Assembly: GCA_046727715.1 (NCBI GenBank)
Contig: JBKPDC010000319.1
Coordinates: forward strand, 1 to 35,887
Length of the DNA: 35,887 bases
Source of the DNA: Thermodesulfobacteriota bacterium
GTDB taxonomy: Bacteria; Desulfobacterota; Binatia; DP-6
Direction of reading: 5' to 3'
Both the position numbers and the translations under genes were made by a program. The notes beneath the pieces were generated by a model. That model saw only the letters and a list, made by a program, of their open reading frames with translations. It was not told the DNA's origin and did not search any database. Below, one piece after another: positions 8,969-19,611 of the stretch (position 1 is the first letter of the stretch; the number at the start of each line of letters is the position of its first letter).

Positions 8969-9687
8969 CCGACGCCACGCCGCGGCGTGGGTCCGGCCGC
9001 CGCGGGCTCGATCCGGCCGCCCACCAGACGCAGCGTGCGTTCCATCGCGGCCGCCAGCCGATCGTTGTGCGTCGCGACGACCAGCGTGGATCCGCTCTCC
9101 TCGTTCAGCGCGAGGAGCAGCTCGTGCACCCGCTCGCCGGTGGCGGGATCGAGGTTACCGGTGGGCTCGTCGGCGAGGAGCAAGCGTGGCCGGCGCATCA
9201 CCGCCCGCGCCACCGCCACGCGCTGCTGCTCGCCACCCGACAGCTCGCCCGGCCGGTGCAGCAGCCTGGCCCCCAGGCCGACGCGCTCGAGCAGCGCTGC
9301 GGCGCGGGCACGGACCTCGCGGACCGGTTCCCGGGCGATGAGCGCCGGGAGCATGACGTTTTCCAGCGCCGTGAAATCGGCGAGCAGGTGATGGAACTGG
9401 AAGACGAAGCCCACTTCGCGGTTGCGCAGCGCCGCAATCTCGGCCTCCGGGCGCGCGAACACGTCCACGCCGTCGAGCAGCAGCTGCCCTCCGGACGGCG
9501 CGTCGAGGGCCCCCAGGAGGTGCAGGAGCGTGCTCTTGCCGACCCCCGATTCCCCGATGATCGCCACCCGCTCGCCGGCGGCGATCTCCAGATCGAGTCC
9601 CCGAAGCACCTCGACGACCGCTGGTCCGTCGACGTAGCGCTTCACCAGGCCCCGCGCCTCCACCAGCAGCGTCACCCCCGCGGACAT
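8965..9687 (-). CDS. lolD: Lipoprotein-releasing ABC transporter ATP-binding protein LolD-like
   Basis: 240 aa. Walker A GESGVGKST, signature LSGGEQQR, Walker B LLLADEPTGNLD. It lies 6 nt downstream of the FtsX-type permease gene. Confidence 0.8.
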   Translation of the reverse strand: MSAGVTLLVEARGLVKRYVDGPAVVEVLRGLDLEIAAGERVAIIGESGVGKSTLLHLLGALDAPSGGQLLLDGVDVFARPEAEIAALRNREVGFVFQFHHLLADFTALENVMLPALIAREPVREVRARAAALLERVGLGARLLHRPGELSGGEQQRVAVARAVMRRPRLLLADEPTGNLDPATGERVHELLLALNEESGSTLVVATHNDRLAAAMERTLRLVGGRIEPAAAGPTPRRGVG

Positions 9688-9693
9688 GCGGCG

Positions 9694-10952
9694 CTACTCA
9701 TATCGGATCACCTCGACGGGGACCAGGCTCGCGGCCCGCCGTGCCGGGGACAGCGCCGCGACCAGGCAGATGCCGATCGAGGCCAGGGCGACGACGGCGA
9801 AGTTCACCGGGTCGATGCGGACCGGGAGGGTGTTCACCAGGAAGACGTCCTTCGGCAGGTCGACGAACTGGTAGCGCGCCAGGAGCCAGCATCCGGCGAG
9901 CCCGAGGAGATTGCCGAGGACGGTTCCGGCGAGGCCGATGACGGCTCCGTTCAAGATGAAGATGCGCCCGATCGCCGCGCTCGATGCGCCCATGGATTTG
10001 AGAATGGCGATGTCGCGGCGCTTCTCCTTCACCACCATGGTGAGCGACGCCAGGATGTTGAATGCCGCGACCACCACGATGAGCGTGAGGACGATGCCGT
10101 ACACCACCTTCTCCAGCCTGAGCGCGGAGAACAGGTTGCGGTTCACCTCCATCCAGTCGCGGGCGCGGTACGGGAACCCGCCCAGCGCGCGCTCGACCGC
10201 GCGCGCCGTCGCGCGGGCGCCATAGACGTCGTTTACGCGCACCTCGATGGCGCTGACGGACTCGTCCTGATCGAAGAAGCGCTGCGCGTCCGCCAGGTTC
10301 ATGTACGCGAGCGTCGTGTCGTACTCGAACATGCCGGAGTCGAAGACCCCGACCAGCACGAACCGCTTCATGCGCGGCACCATGCCGGTGGGCCCCGGCG
10401 TGCCGAGCGGCGAGATCACGTTCAGGACGTCACCCGGGCCGACGGCGAGCTGCCGCGCGAGCTCGTGGCCAATCATGATCCCCGGGAGCTCGACCATCCC
10501 GCCGCCTTCGTCGGCAGGCAGCGTGATCGGCTGGGGGCGTCCCAGCTCGGCCAGGCTCCCGCTCTTCATGTGCCGCGCGACGTCGATGACGGCGTCGGCC
10601 TGCGCGGGATCGATGCCGCGCACCACCACGCCCGAGACGCTGCGCCCGATCCCGAGCATGGCTTGCCCGTACACGACGGGCGACGCCGCCTTCACGTCGG
10701 GCACCTGGCGCACCTTGGCCACCACGCCCTGCCAGTCGCCCAGTCCGCCGCTGAAGCTCGTCAGGGTGACGTGCGGGTTGAAGCCCAGGATCTTGTTGCG
10801 CAGCTCGTACTCGAGGCCCGTCATGACCGCGAGCACGATGAGAAGGGTCGCGACGCCGATGGTGACCCCTGCGAGCGAGAGCGCGGAGATCAAGGACAGA
10901 AACGCCCGCCGGCGGGATCGCAGGTACCGCATCCCGACCGCCAGCTCCCAGC

Positions 10953-10956
<4 letters not shown>
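9694..10956 (-). CDS. lolC: Lipoprotein-releasing system permease LolC/LolE family (FtsX-like)
   Basis: 420 aa from GTG 10956 (VSWELAVGMRYLRSRRRAFLSLISALSLAGVTIG), which forms a GTGA overlap with the lysS stop. Large periplasmic loop, then the C-terminal three-TM FtsX domain. The longer 604-aa track ORF overlaps lysS off-frame. Confidence 0.8.
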
Positions 10957-12440
<1,484 letters not shown>

Positions 12441-12490
12441 ACCTCGAGTGGTCGAAAGTCAGGTGGTGTTACTGGTTGCGGGGCAGGCGG

Positions 12491-14872
12491 TCAAGGAACG
12501 ATCGCGCCGCCGGGATCGACCAGCAGCAGCGCGGACCGCGCGCTCGCCCCGACCAGGTCGACGACGACGGCGAGCTGGTCGCTGCGGTTCAGGTCGAAAG
12601 ACCCGAACTCCGCGATCGTGCCCCCGAGCGGCGAGGGGCCGCCGGGCAGCCCCACGGTCTCGACCGGCGGCGCCGGCGCGTCGGCAGCCGGCACCCGATC
12701 CGCCCCCACCCGGTAGAGGCCGGGCGAGGTCGGGACTCCGATCAACCTGCCGAGGAAGACCGCGCTCGACCCGCCGAGCGACGGCGACAGGAAGGCGCGG
12801 AAGGCTCCGCCGGGGACCGCGTCGTTGGTGCCCACCAGCAGGCCGACCGCACGCCGTGACGCCAGGAATACCCCTTCGCGCCCGGCCTGGTCGACGGTGG
12901 CGCGGAAGGCAACGAGCTTGGCATTCGCGTCGGGTGGGTCGAAGCTCTCGAACCGGCCCCCGAGCCGGCCCGGGGCGCCGCTGCCCTGCGCCGCGAGCGG
13001 CTTCGCCTTCGCTCCCTGGAGCAGGAACAGCTTCGCGCGTCGACCGCTCTCGCCGCCGACTTGGGCCACGAACGCCATGCGACGGCCACCCAGCACCGCG
13101 GGCGTCCCGAAGCTGTCGAAGGCGCCGCCCCCCGGGGCGGGTTTTCGCGCGCGCACGACGGGCTGCGGGCCGCGCGCGATGTCCCGCGGCGCGCTCGCGC
13201 AGCTCTTGGAACTTTCCAGGCGCACGATGGGCTGCGGGCGGCCGCGGTGAAAGACGAGCGCGCGGGGAAACTGAGTGAAGTTGAGGCTGGCCTCGAAGGC
13301 CATCTCCCCGCGCGGCCCGATCCCGGCGCGCGCCAGCGGATCGAGCGTGCCGGCGAAGAAGTCGACCAGGCAGCCACCTCGGATGCGCTCCGAGCCCTGG
13401 GCGACGACGCGCAGGCGGTGCCCGGTCCGGATGATGACCGCCCGGCTGGCGTTGCCGGTCTGCACATCGGCACCGAAGGCCACGATGCCGGGCGCGTCCG
13501 CAGCTGGCGGATCGAAGCCCACGAACGTGCCTCCGAGCGGCGTCGGCCCGCCGATGAACGCCACGGTCTCGAGCGGGGCACCGGGCGAGGCCACGAAGAT
13601 CCCCTCGCGCGTCCCTGTGAACACCGCATCCTCGGCCGCACCGCGGACGCTGGGGTCGCTGAAGCGAAAGCGCTCCAACCCCGTGTCGATGTCGGTCTGC
13701 CCGCCGCTGCGGGCCAGGACCGTGACGACGCCGGCGCGGTAGACGAACAGCGACGGGCCGCTGCCGATGACGGAGGCGGGCAACACCAGGCTCCCGTCGT
13801 CGGCGAGCGCCGGGTCGCGGAAGCGCACCAGCACCCCCGCTGCGGTGTTGCCGCGGGAGTCCGCGATGCGCGTCGTGGTCCCGTCGGGCGCCGCGACGAA
13901 GATCGCCGCGCGGGTCTCCTTTCCGCCCGTCAGCGTGGCGCGGAACGCGATCGCCCCTGCGGCATTGATGCTCGGCGTGAGCGACGAGACGAGCGTGCGG
14001 ACGCTCTCGCCTTCGTCCCCCAGAGGATCGCCCTCGCGCACGACGGCTTGCACCAGCGGCACCGAGCCCGCGGTATCGACCCGGAACACGCCGCCGGTCC
14101 CGTCGCTCAGATCGCCGCGGAAGGCGAAGGTGCCGCTGTCGTTCATGGACGGGTTCGTCACGCGGCGGAACCTGCCCCCGACGGGACTCGTCTCCTCGAC
14201 CTCGACGACGGCCTGCACGCGATCGCCGGCGGACACGAACAGCCCGTCGCGGCCGCGTGCCACGCTGCCAAGGAAGCCCACCCGCCCGTCGGCGGAGACG
14301 CCGACCAGGTGCACCCCCGCGAACGCGGGACCGGTGCGCACGATCGCTGTCGGCACGCCGACGCCGTAGCGAAAGAGTCCCGTGCTGCCGTCGTCGAGGA
14401 TAGCGGTGAACGCGATGTGGCCCTGCGCGCCATACGCGACCCCGGCCACGAACTCCGCCAACGTGCCGCCCCCCGGCGCGGGGTCGCCGGTCGCAGCCAC
14501 GACGTCGGTGGTCGTCGCGCAACAGCGGAGGATCCGGCTCCCCCCGCCAACGAGGAAGGCGCGGACCGCCACGCAGCCGTCCGGCCCGAGTGCCGGGGTG
14601 CTCACGCCCGCCACCACCGCGCCATCGGCCAGGACGTCACCGGCGGCCACCACGTGCATAAGGTCCTCCCTGCGACGCTGGAACGCTCCGGTCGAGCTGC
14701 CGAGGAACGTGACGCTCCCGTCGCCCATCAGCGCGACGTCGCTGAAGCTCGAGAACGGCAAGCCGAGTGGAAACGGGGGCGCGCCGCCGGTGGTCACCAC
14801 GGGAACGCTGGCCGCACGTGACGCGACGGCCGCCAGCGTCAGGGACAGGACGGTCAGCGAGCGCGGGAACAC
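12491..14872 (-). CDS. Secreted tandem-repeat protein, about 14 NxxGxxAF-type (beta-propeller-like) repeats
   Basis: Repeats of about 50 aa with cores such as SMNDSGTFAFRGDL, SINAAGAIAFRATL, AYGAQGHIAFTAIL, ADAPGIVAFGADV, DANAKLVAFRATV, each followed by G(L/V/I)F. GTG 14872 gives a signal peptide, M-FPRSLTVLSLTLAAVASRAAS. The track ORF extends to GTG 15037 with 55 non-signal residues, so the start is uncertain. Confidence 0.7.
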   Translation of the reverse strand: MFPRSLTVLSLTLAAVASRAASVPVVTTGGAPPFPLGLPFSSFSDVALMGDGSVTFLGSSTGAFQRRREDLMHVVAAGDVLADGAVVAGVSTPALGPDGCVAVRAFLVGGGSRILRCCATTTDVVAATGDPAPGGGTLAEFVAGVAYGAQGHIAFTAILDDGSTGLFRYGVGVPTAIVRTGPAFAGVHLVGVSADGRVGFLGSVARGRDGLFVSAGDRVQAVVEVEETSPVGGRFRRVTNPSMNDSGTFAFRGDLSDGTGGVFRVDTAGSVPLVQAVVREGDPLGDEGESVRTLVSSLTPSINAAGAIAFRATLTGGKETRAAIFVAAPDGTTTRIADSRGNTAAGVLVRFRDPALADDGSLVLPASVIGSGPSLFVYRAGVVTVLARSGGQTDIDTGLERFRFSDPSVRGAAEDAVFTGTREGIFVASPGAPLETVAFIGGPTPLGGTFVGFDPPAADAPGIVAFGADVQTGNASRAVIIRTGHRLRVVAQGSERIRGGCLVDFFAGTLDPLARAGIGPRGEMAFEASLNFTQFPRALVFHRGRPQPIVRLESSKSCASAPRDIARGPQPVVRARKPAPGGGAFDSFGTPAVLGGRRMAFVAQVGGESGRRAKLFLLQGAKAKPLAAQGSGAPGRLGGRFESFDPPDANAKLVAFRATVDQAGREGVFLASRRAVGLLVGTNDAVPGGAFRAFLSPSLGGSSAVFLGRLIGVPTSPGLYRVGADRVPAADAPAPPVETVGLPGGPSPLGGTIAEFGSFDLNRSDQLAVVVDLVGASARSALLLVDPGGAIVP

Positions 14873-14878
14873 GGAGCG

Positions 14879-14907
14879 GACATACGGGGCAAATCCAATG
14901 CCGGCAA
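14879..14907 (-). promoter_or_regulatory. Putative sigma70-type promoter, leaderless geometry, for the repeat protein
   Basis: The minus strand reads TTGCCG-N17-TATGTC-N6-GTG(14872). Confidence 0.3.
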
Positions 14908-15064
14908 ATCGCGCGCCCACCCGGCATTTCGGGGACCTGGCGGCGATCAGGCTGCGACGATCGTGCAGCCGTGCATGGTCGCTCGTACTCGGGGCCCGCC
15001 ACGGCACATCCCTCGGTCCTGGCGTTTGCGTGGCCACCGCCGGGGAACCGCTCCATCATCTGTC

Positions 15065-15094
15065 TTGACAGCGCGCCGTGCCGACCGCTACACG
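15065..15094 (+). promoter_or_regulatory. Putative sigma70-type promoter for the GT-C glycosyltransferase
   Basis: Perfect TTGACA (15065-15070), N18, TACACG. A leader of about 40 nt carries GAGGAG 12 nt before ATG 15137. Confidence 0.3.
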
Positions 15095-15136
15095 CCCGTC
15101 GCGCAGCCGGCGTTTCACGAGGAGAACGGATCAAGC

Positions 15137-16870
15137 ATGACAGCTTCGGTCGGCCGCGTCGGCCGCGAAGCGCACGCCTCGTCGAGCGCCGCGCGACGGC
15201 TCCTCCCCTGGGTGCTCCTGCTGAGTGCGGCGCTGAATGCCTACCAGATCTGGTGGGGGCTGCCGCTCTGTCGTCCCATCGCGCGGGAGAGCTCCCACGC
15301 GGCCCGACCGGAAGGCTCCGGGAGCAAGAAGCAGGCTGCGGACCGGGAAGCGGTCGTCGCCTGGGGAACCGACGAGGTCGCTCCCATGGGCCCCCTGGTC
15401 TACGCCAAGCGTACCTTCGTCGATGGCTCCTGGTCCCACAAGTATCCGGCGTTCCACTTCATGCTTCTGAACGCGGCGTATGCCCCAGTCTTCGCATACC
15501 TCCTGCTCTCCGGACGGCTCTCGCTGGCGCATTTTTCGGACACCTGGCCCTATGGTTTCAGCGATCCGACCTCCTCCCTGACCATCCTCGTGCTGATCGC
15601 GCGCGTCGTGAGTGCTCTCATGGGCACTGCCGTCGTTGGACTCCTGTACGTCATCACAGAACGACTCTTCGAGGCGGCCTCTGGGCTCTTCGCCGCGCTG
15701 ATCGTGGCGGTGTGTTTTCCGTTCGTCTACTACTCGCACACGTCGAACCTGGACGTCCCCTATCTCTTCTGGTTCACGCTGGGCTGCGTGTTCTACCTCC
15801 GGCTCTTCGAGAACGGCCGCACACGGGACTATCTTCTCCTCGCGGTGTGCATGGCCCTCGCCGTGGCCACCAAGGACCAGGCCTACGCGTTGCTCCCCTT
15901 CCTTCCGATCGCCCTGATCCTGGGGCGCCTGAGACAGGAGCGCGCGCGCGGACAGCACCGCGCCACGCCGCTCCCCTGGTCACAGTGGGGCTTGGCCGTC
16001 CTCGCGTTCGCCGCCACCTACGTGATCGCCGCCAACGTCCTCAACAATTGGCCGGGATACCTGCAGCACCTGCGACACATCGCCGGCCCCGGCTCGGCCG
16101 ATTATCAGGAGTTCCCGAACACGCTCGCCGGACACCTGGCCCTGCTGTCCAGGACGATCTCGCTCCTCGCGCAGAGCCTGAACCTTCCGCTCTTCGTCGT
16201 GTGCGTCGTCGGGATCGTCTGGAGCTTCAGGCGCTTCCCGGGGACCACCCTCGCGATTCTGGCGCCCGCCGTCTCGTATTACATCTTCTTTCTGGCGGTG
16301 ATCCTGTACGGGTACCCGCGCTTCCTGCTCCCCTTCGTCCTGGTGAGCGCGATCTTCGGCGGAAAGCTCCTGGGTGATCTGTGGGCGATCCGGCGGCCGG
16401 TGTCCTGGATGCTCCGGTCCGCCATCGTCCTGCTGCTCGCGTACTCGACCTATCGCGGCGCGTCGGTGGACTGGGTGCTGCGAGAGGATCCTCGCTATGC
16501 GGCGGAGCAGTGGCTCCGGTCACACGTTCCCGCGACCGCGGTGATCGAGGCCTACGGACCGTCGCAGTACCTCCCGCGGCTCCCGGGCCATCCACGAGCG
16601 CAAGGGCTCAACCTCGAAGGCTACGTGGAGGACGCCTTCCGGGAGAGAGCGCCCGACTACGTCGTGCTCGCACACGCCTACTACAAGCGCATCACAGAGG
16701 ACAAGGCCGACGATTTTGACCAGGAGGAGTTCCTGGACCATCTCTGGCACGGCGAGCTCGGGTACCGGACCGTCGCCGACTTCACGGCCGATGGCTTTGG
16801 CGCACCGAACCTGATTCCGGGGCTCAACTCGCGCATCGTCATCTTCGAGCGGACAGAGCGAGCGCGCTGA
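15137..16870 (+). CDS. GT-C fold polytopic membrane glycosyltransferase (ArnT/PMT-like, GT39/GT83-type)
   Basis: 577 aa from MTASVGRVG. About 11-13 hydrophobic helices, a D-E motif in the first extracytoplasmic loop (WGTDEVAPMGPL), and a C-terminal soluble domain of about 130 aa. Hand-counted slices are about 58-62% GC versus about 70% or more in neighbouring genes. Confidence 0.7.
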   Translation: MTASVGRVGREAHASSSAARRLLPWVLLLSAALNAYQIWWGLPLCRPIARESSHAARPEGSGSKKQAADREAVVAWGTDEVAPMGPLVYAKRTFVDGSWSHKYPAFHFMLLNAAYAPVFAYLLLSGRLSLAHFSDTWPYGFSDPTSSLTILVLIARVVSALMGTAVVGLLYVITERLFEAASGLFAALIVAVCFPFVYYSHTSNLDVPYLFWFTLGCVFYLRLFENGRTRDYLLLAVCMALAVATKDQAYALLPFLPIALILGRLRQERARGQHRATPLPWSQWGLAVLAFAATYVIAANVLNNWPGYLQHLRHIAGPGSADYQEFPNTLAGHLALLSRTISLLAQSLNLPLFVVCVVGIVWSFRRFPGTTLAILAPAVSYYIFFLAVILYGYPRFLLPFVLVSAIFGGKLLGDLWAIRRPVSWMLRSAIVLLLAYSTYRGASVDWVLREDPRYAAEQWLRSHVPATAVIEAYGPSQYLPRLPGHPRAQGLNLEGYVEDAFRERAPDYVVLAHAYYKRITEDKADDFDQEEFLDHLWHGELGYRTVADFTADGFGAPNLIPGLNSRIVIFERTERAR

Positions 16871-16921
16871 CGGTCGGGGGACCTCGTAGATCCGGAGAAC
16901 CATGCCGGGCGATCTTGGCCG

Positions 16922-19501
16922 TCACGACCGAAGCTGCAGGATCAGCTCGGGAAGGCGATCGAAGGCGGGACCGCGCTCGATCCAGCGATCGCGGCTCCCA
17001 CGGCGGTGAATCACGGCGACGTGGCCCAGCTCGGTGAGCCGCGACAGCGCATTGCCGAAGGTGACCACGGAGCTGCCCTCGGGCTTGTGCGCCTCGCCCA
17101 GGAGCAGGCTGGTGGCGAACTCGCGGCGCATGCGCTGGATCACATCCGGCTGCTTTTGCGGCCACTCCTTCTGTGCGGCCAGGGTGCGCGCCGCGATCAG
17201 ATATGCCTCGCGGAAGCTCTCGAGGATGCCCGCCGTCACGCGGACGACGATGTGATCCGGGTCGGCGACGTCGCCCACGATGCCGCCGGCCTCGCGATAG
17301 TACGCCAGCCAGCGTGCCAGCTCGTCGCCGAGGGTCTCGCGCTCGGGCAGCGGGAATTCCCAGCGGTAGAGATCGAGCCACCAGGTCACGTGGTCACGCA
17401 GGCCGCTCGGCGGTACGCCTGCCAGCAGGGCGCGGGTCAGCAGCGCCGGCAGCAGGAAGAAGTGGATGGTGTTGTTCTTGTAGATGTCGAGGTTCATCCG
17501 CTTGGCGGGGGGGACGTGCAGCACGACGCCGTCGCTGTCCACCAGGCGCTCGACGAGGCCACCGCTCTCGAGCCACGCCAGGCCCTCGCGGAAGTCCGAC
17601 GCCTCGTTCCGCACCAGCGAGGCGGTGAGGTGGGCACCCTGCACGCGGAGCAGCCCAACCAGCGCGTGCGAGGCGGTCTGGAACTCGCGCAGGCGGCAGG
17701 CCGCGCGTGACGCACCGAGGAGCGCCGTCGCGCTCACCGAGCTGGCGCCCGCGACGGCGGCGGCGTTGACTTCGCGCAGGATGCGGAATCCGAGGCGTTG
17801 GATGAAGCGGCGCTTCTCCTCCTCGACCGCCGGCTGGCCGCTCTCCTCGTGGAACCGCTCGCGCCGCTCGCCCAGAGTCTCGTGCAGCGAGATCGGGACG
17901 CCGTAGCTGACGTACGCTGTGCCGAAGCGCTTCGACAGGATGCTGCGCGCACGCAGCAGCGCACCCAGCGACTCGCGCTCCTTCGCCTCGCCCGCCACCT
18001 CGCGCGTGTAGGTCTCCTCTTCGGGGATGCGACCGTAGTGGATGGAGACCGGGATCAGGTAGAGGTCGCGCCGCACCCCCTGGCAGAACGCGCTGGTGAT
18101 GGCCGACAGCATGCCGAGCTTCGGCTGCAGCATCTTGCCCGTGCGCGTGCGGCCGCCCTCGATGAAGAATTCCTGCGTGTACCCCTCTCGGATGAGGAAG
18201 GTCAGGTACTTGCGGAAGACCATCTTGTAGAGCTCGTTGTCCTCGAACGTGCGCCGGATGAAGTAGGCCCCGGCGCCACGGAACAGCGGCCCCAGCGGCC
18301 AGAAGCTCAGGTTGATGCCGGCCGCGATGTGCGGCGGCGACAGGTGGTTGATGTGGAAGATGTAGGTCAGAAACAGGTAGTCGAAGTGGCTGCGGTGGCA
18401 GGGCACGAGCACGATCGGGTGCTCGCGCATGCACTCGACCGCCCGCTCGAGCCCGACGGTCTCGAGGCCCGAGAACACGCGCGGGAAGATGCGGTTGAAG
18501 AGGAACTCGATGATCCCGAAGTAGAGCCCGTTGAAGTGCGCGGCCATCTCATCGACGTAGCCGCGGGCCTCCTTGACGACCGTGCGCCGCGGGATGCCGC
18601 GCTCCGCCGCCAGGCGCCGGGTGAGCCGTGCCAGCTCGGGGTCGCGCAGCACGTTCTCGCGGACCACGCGGCGTGGCAGGAGCGTGGGGCCGAGGACGAC
18701 ACGCTCCTCCCGGTAGAGGAATATCTGGAGCACGCGCGCGAGCCGGCGTGCGCTGCGCTCCTCGCCCTCGCGCCGGTGCTCGTCGATGAAGCGGTGGAGA
18801 TTGATCTCCCGCCCCAACGTGAGCTGGGTCTGACCCGCGTTCCAGAGGTAGGTGAACAGGCGCTTCGCCTCGCCCGGCGCCTCCTGCACGCTGTAGAGAA
18901 GCGTGGCGAAGCGCGACTCGCGCTTGTGGAAGCCCGTGCCGCGGAAGATGGCGACTGGAACCAGGAACGCCGGCCGCGGCGCGGCCGCTGCGGCGCGCAC
19001 GACCTCGCGCAGGAACTGCGGGCCCAGCCGCGCTGCCGCCAGTGCCCGCCGGCGCCGGCCCGCGACTGTCCGGCTGCGCATGAAGAGGAGCACGGGCTCC
19101 CCGGCCGCGACCAACCGGGCACAGACGACGGCGTCGCTCTCGGGGGCCCGCCGCTCGCGGCGCATCAGCGAGTGGATGGTGTCCCCGATTGGTCGCCACC
19201 AGGCGGTCGAAAGGCCGGGCGTCCAGCGGGCCAGGGGAAGCCCCTCGCGCTGCAGCACGACGTTCACGAGCAGGTAGTCGATCGCCGACCGGTACCGCAT
19301 GACGTAGATCATCGACCCCTGGCTCGCGAGCTGCCGCACGCGCTCCACCAGCTCCGGGCGTACGTGGACGTGTCCGAAAGCAACCCGAATGAGCAACCGC
19401 GCGAGCAGGCCGAACCGTTCGAGCATGGTCGAGCGGTGCGGCGCCGGACGCGGCGACTCGTCGGGCGCTGCGACAACGGCGGTGCGGGGTGCGCGCGACA
19501 C
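16922..19501 (-). CDS. plsB: Glycerol-3-phosphate 1-O-acyltransferase PlsB
   Basis: About 835-859 aa. Acyltransferase motif I VPCHRSHFDY, motif III FIEGGRTRTGK, and PlsB-like length. The start is either GTG 19501 or ATG 19426 (MLERFGLLARLL). No clear SD precedes either. Confidence 0.85.
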   Translation of the reverse strand: MSRAPRTAVVAAPDESPRPAPHRSTMLERFGLLARLLIRVAFGHVHVRPELVERVRQLASQGSMIYVMRYRSAIDYLLVNVVLQREGLPLARWTPGLSTAWWRPIGDTIHSLMRRERRAPESDAVVCARLVAAGEPVLLFMRSRTVAGRRRRALAAARLGPQFLREVVRAAAAAPRPAFLVPVAIFRGTGFHKRESRFATLLYSVQEAPGEAKRLFTYLWNAGQTQLTLGREINLHRFIDEHRREGEERSARRLARVLQIFLYREERVVLGPTLLPRRVVRENVLRDPELARLTRRLAAERGIPRRTVVKEARGYVDEMAAHFNGLYFGIIEFLFNRIFPRVFSGLETVGLERAVECMREHPIVLVPCHRSHFDYLFLTYIFHINHLSPPHIAAGINLSFWPLGPLFRGAGAYFIRRTFEDNELYKMVFRKYLTFLIREGYTQEFFIEGGRTRTGKMLQPKLGMLSAITSAFCQGVRRDLYLIPVSIHYGRIPEEETYTREVAGEAKERESLGALLRARSILSKRFGTAYVSYGVPISLHETLGERRERFHEESGQPAVEEEKRRFIQRLGFRILREVNAAAVAGASSVSATALLGASRAACRLREFQTASHALVGLLRVQGAHLTASLVRNEASDFREGLAWLESGGLVERLVDSDGVVLHVPPAKRMNLDIYKNNTIHFFLLPALLTRALLAGVPPSGLRDHVTWWLDLYRWEFPLPERETLGDELARWLAYYREAGGIVGDVADPDHIVVRVTAGILESFREAYLIAARTLAAQKEWPQKQPDVIQRMRREFATSLLLGEAHKPEGSSVVTFGNALSRLTELGHVAVIHRRGSRDRWIERGPAFDRLPELILQLRS

Positions 19502-19576
19502 GGAAGGGTCTCAGAGAGAGCTGCGAATCTCCCGTGTAGGCACGCCCCTCGGGAAAAGCAAGGTGCGCAGCCGTTC

Positions 19577-19605
19577 TTGACAGCGCCGCCGGGGCGCGGT
19601 GTCCT
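19577..19605 (+). promoter_or_regulatory. Putative promoter, leaderless geometry, for the alpha/beta hydrolase-like gene
   Basis: Perfect TTGACA, N17, TGTCCT, N6, GTG(19612). Confidence 0.3.
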
Positions 19606-19611
19606 CCGTGC

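Noticed and set aside
12459-14522. A 687-aa minus-strand ORF in an alternative frame of the repeat-protein gene.
   Set aside because: It is extremely Arg/Gly-rich and has no repeat architecture. The 12491..14872 frame has a coherent signal peptide and a periodic NxxGxxAF pattern.
14873-15037. The 55-codon N-terminal extension of the repeat protein, from GTG 15037.
   Set aside because: The extension has no signal-peptide character and would bury the hydrophobic leader. GTG 14872 is preceded by a well-spaced -35/-10 pair. This is kept as an alternative start in the feature note.
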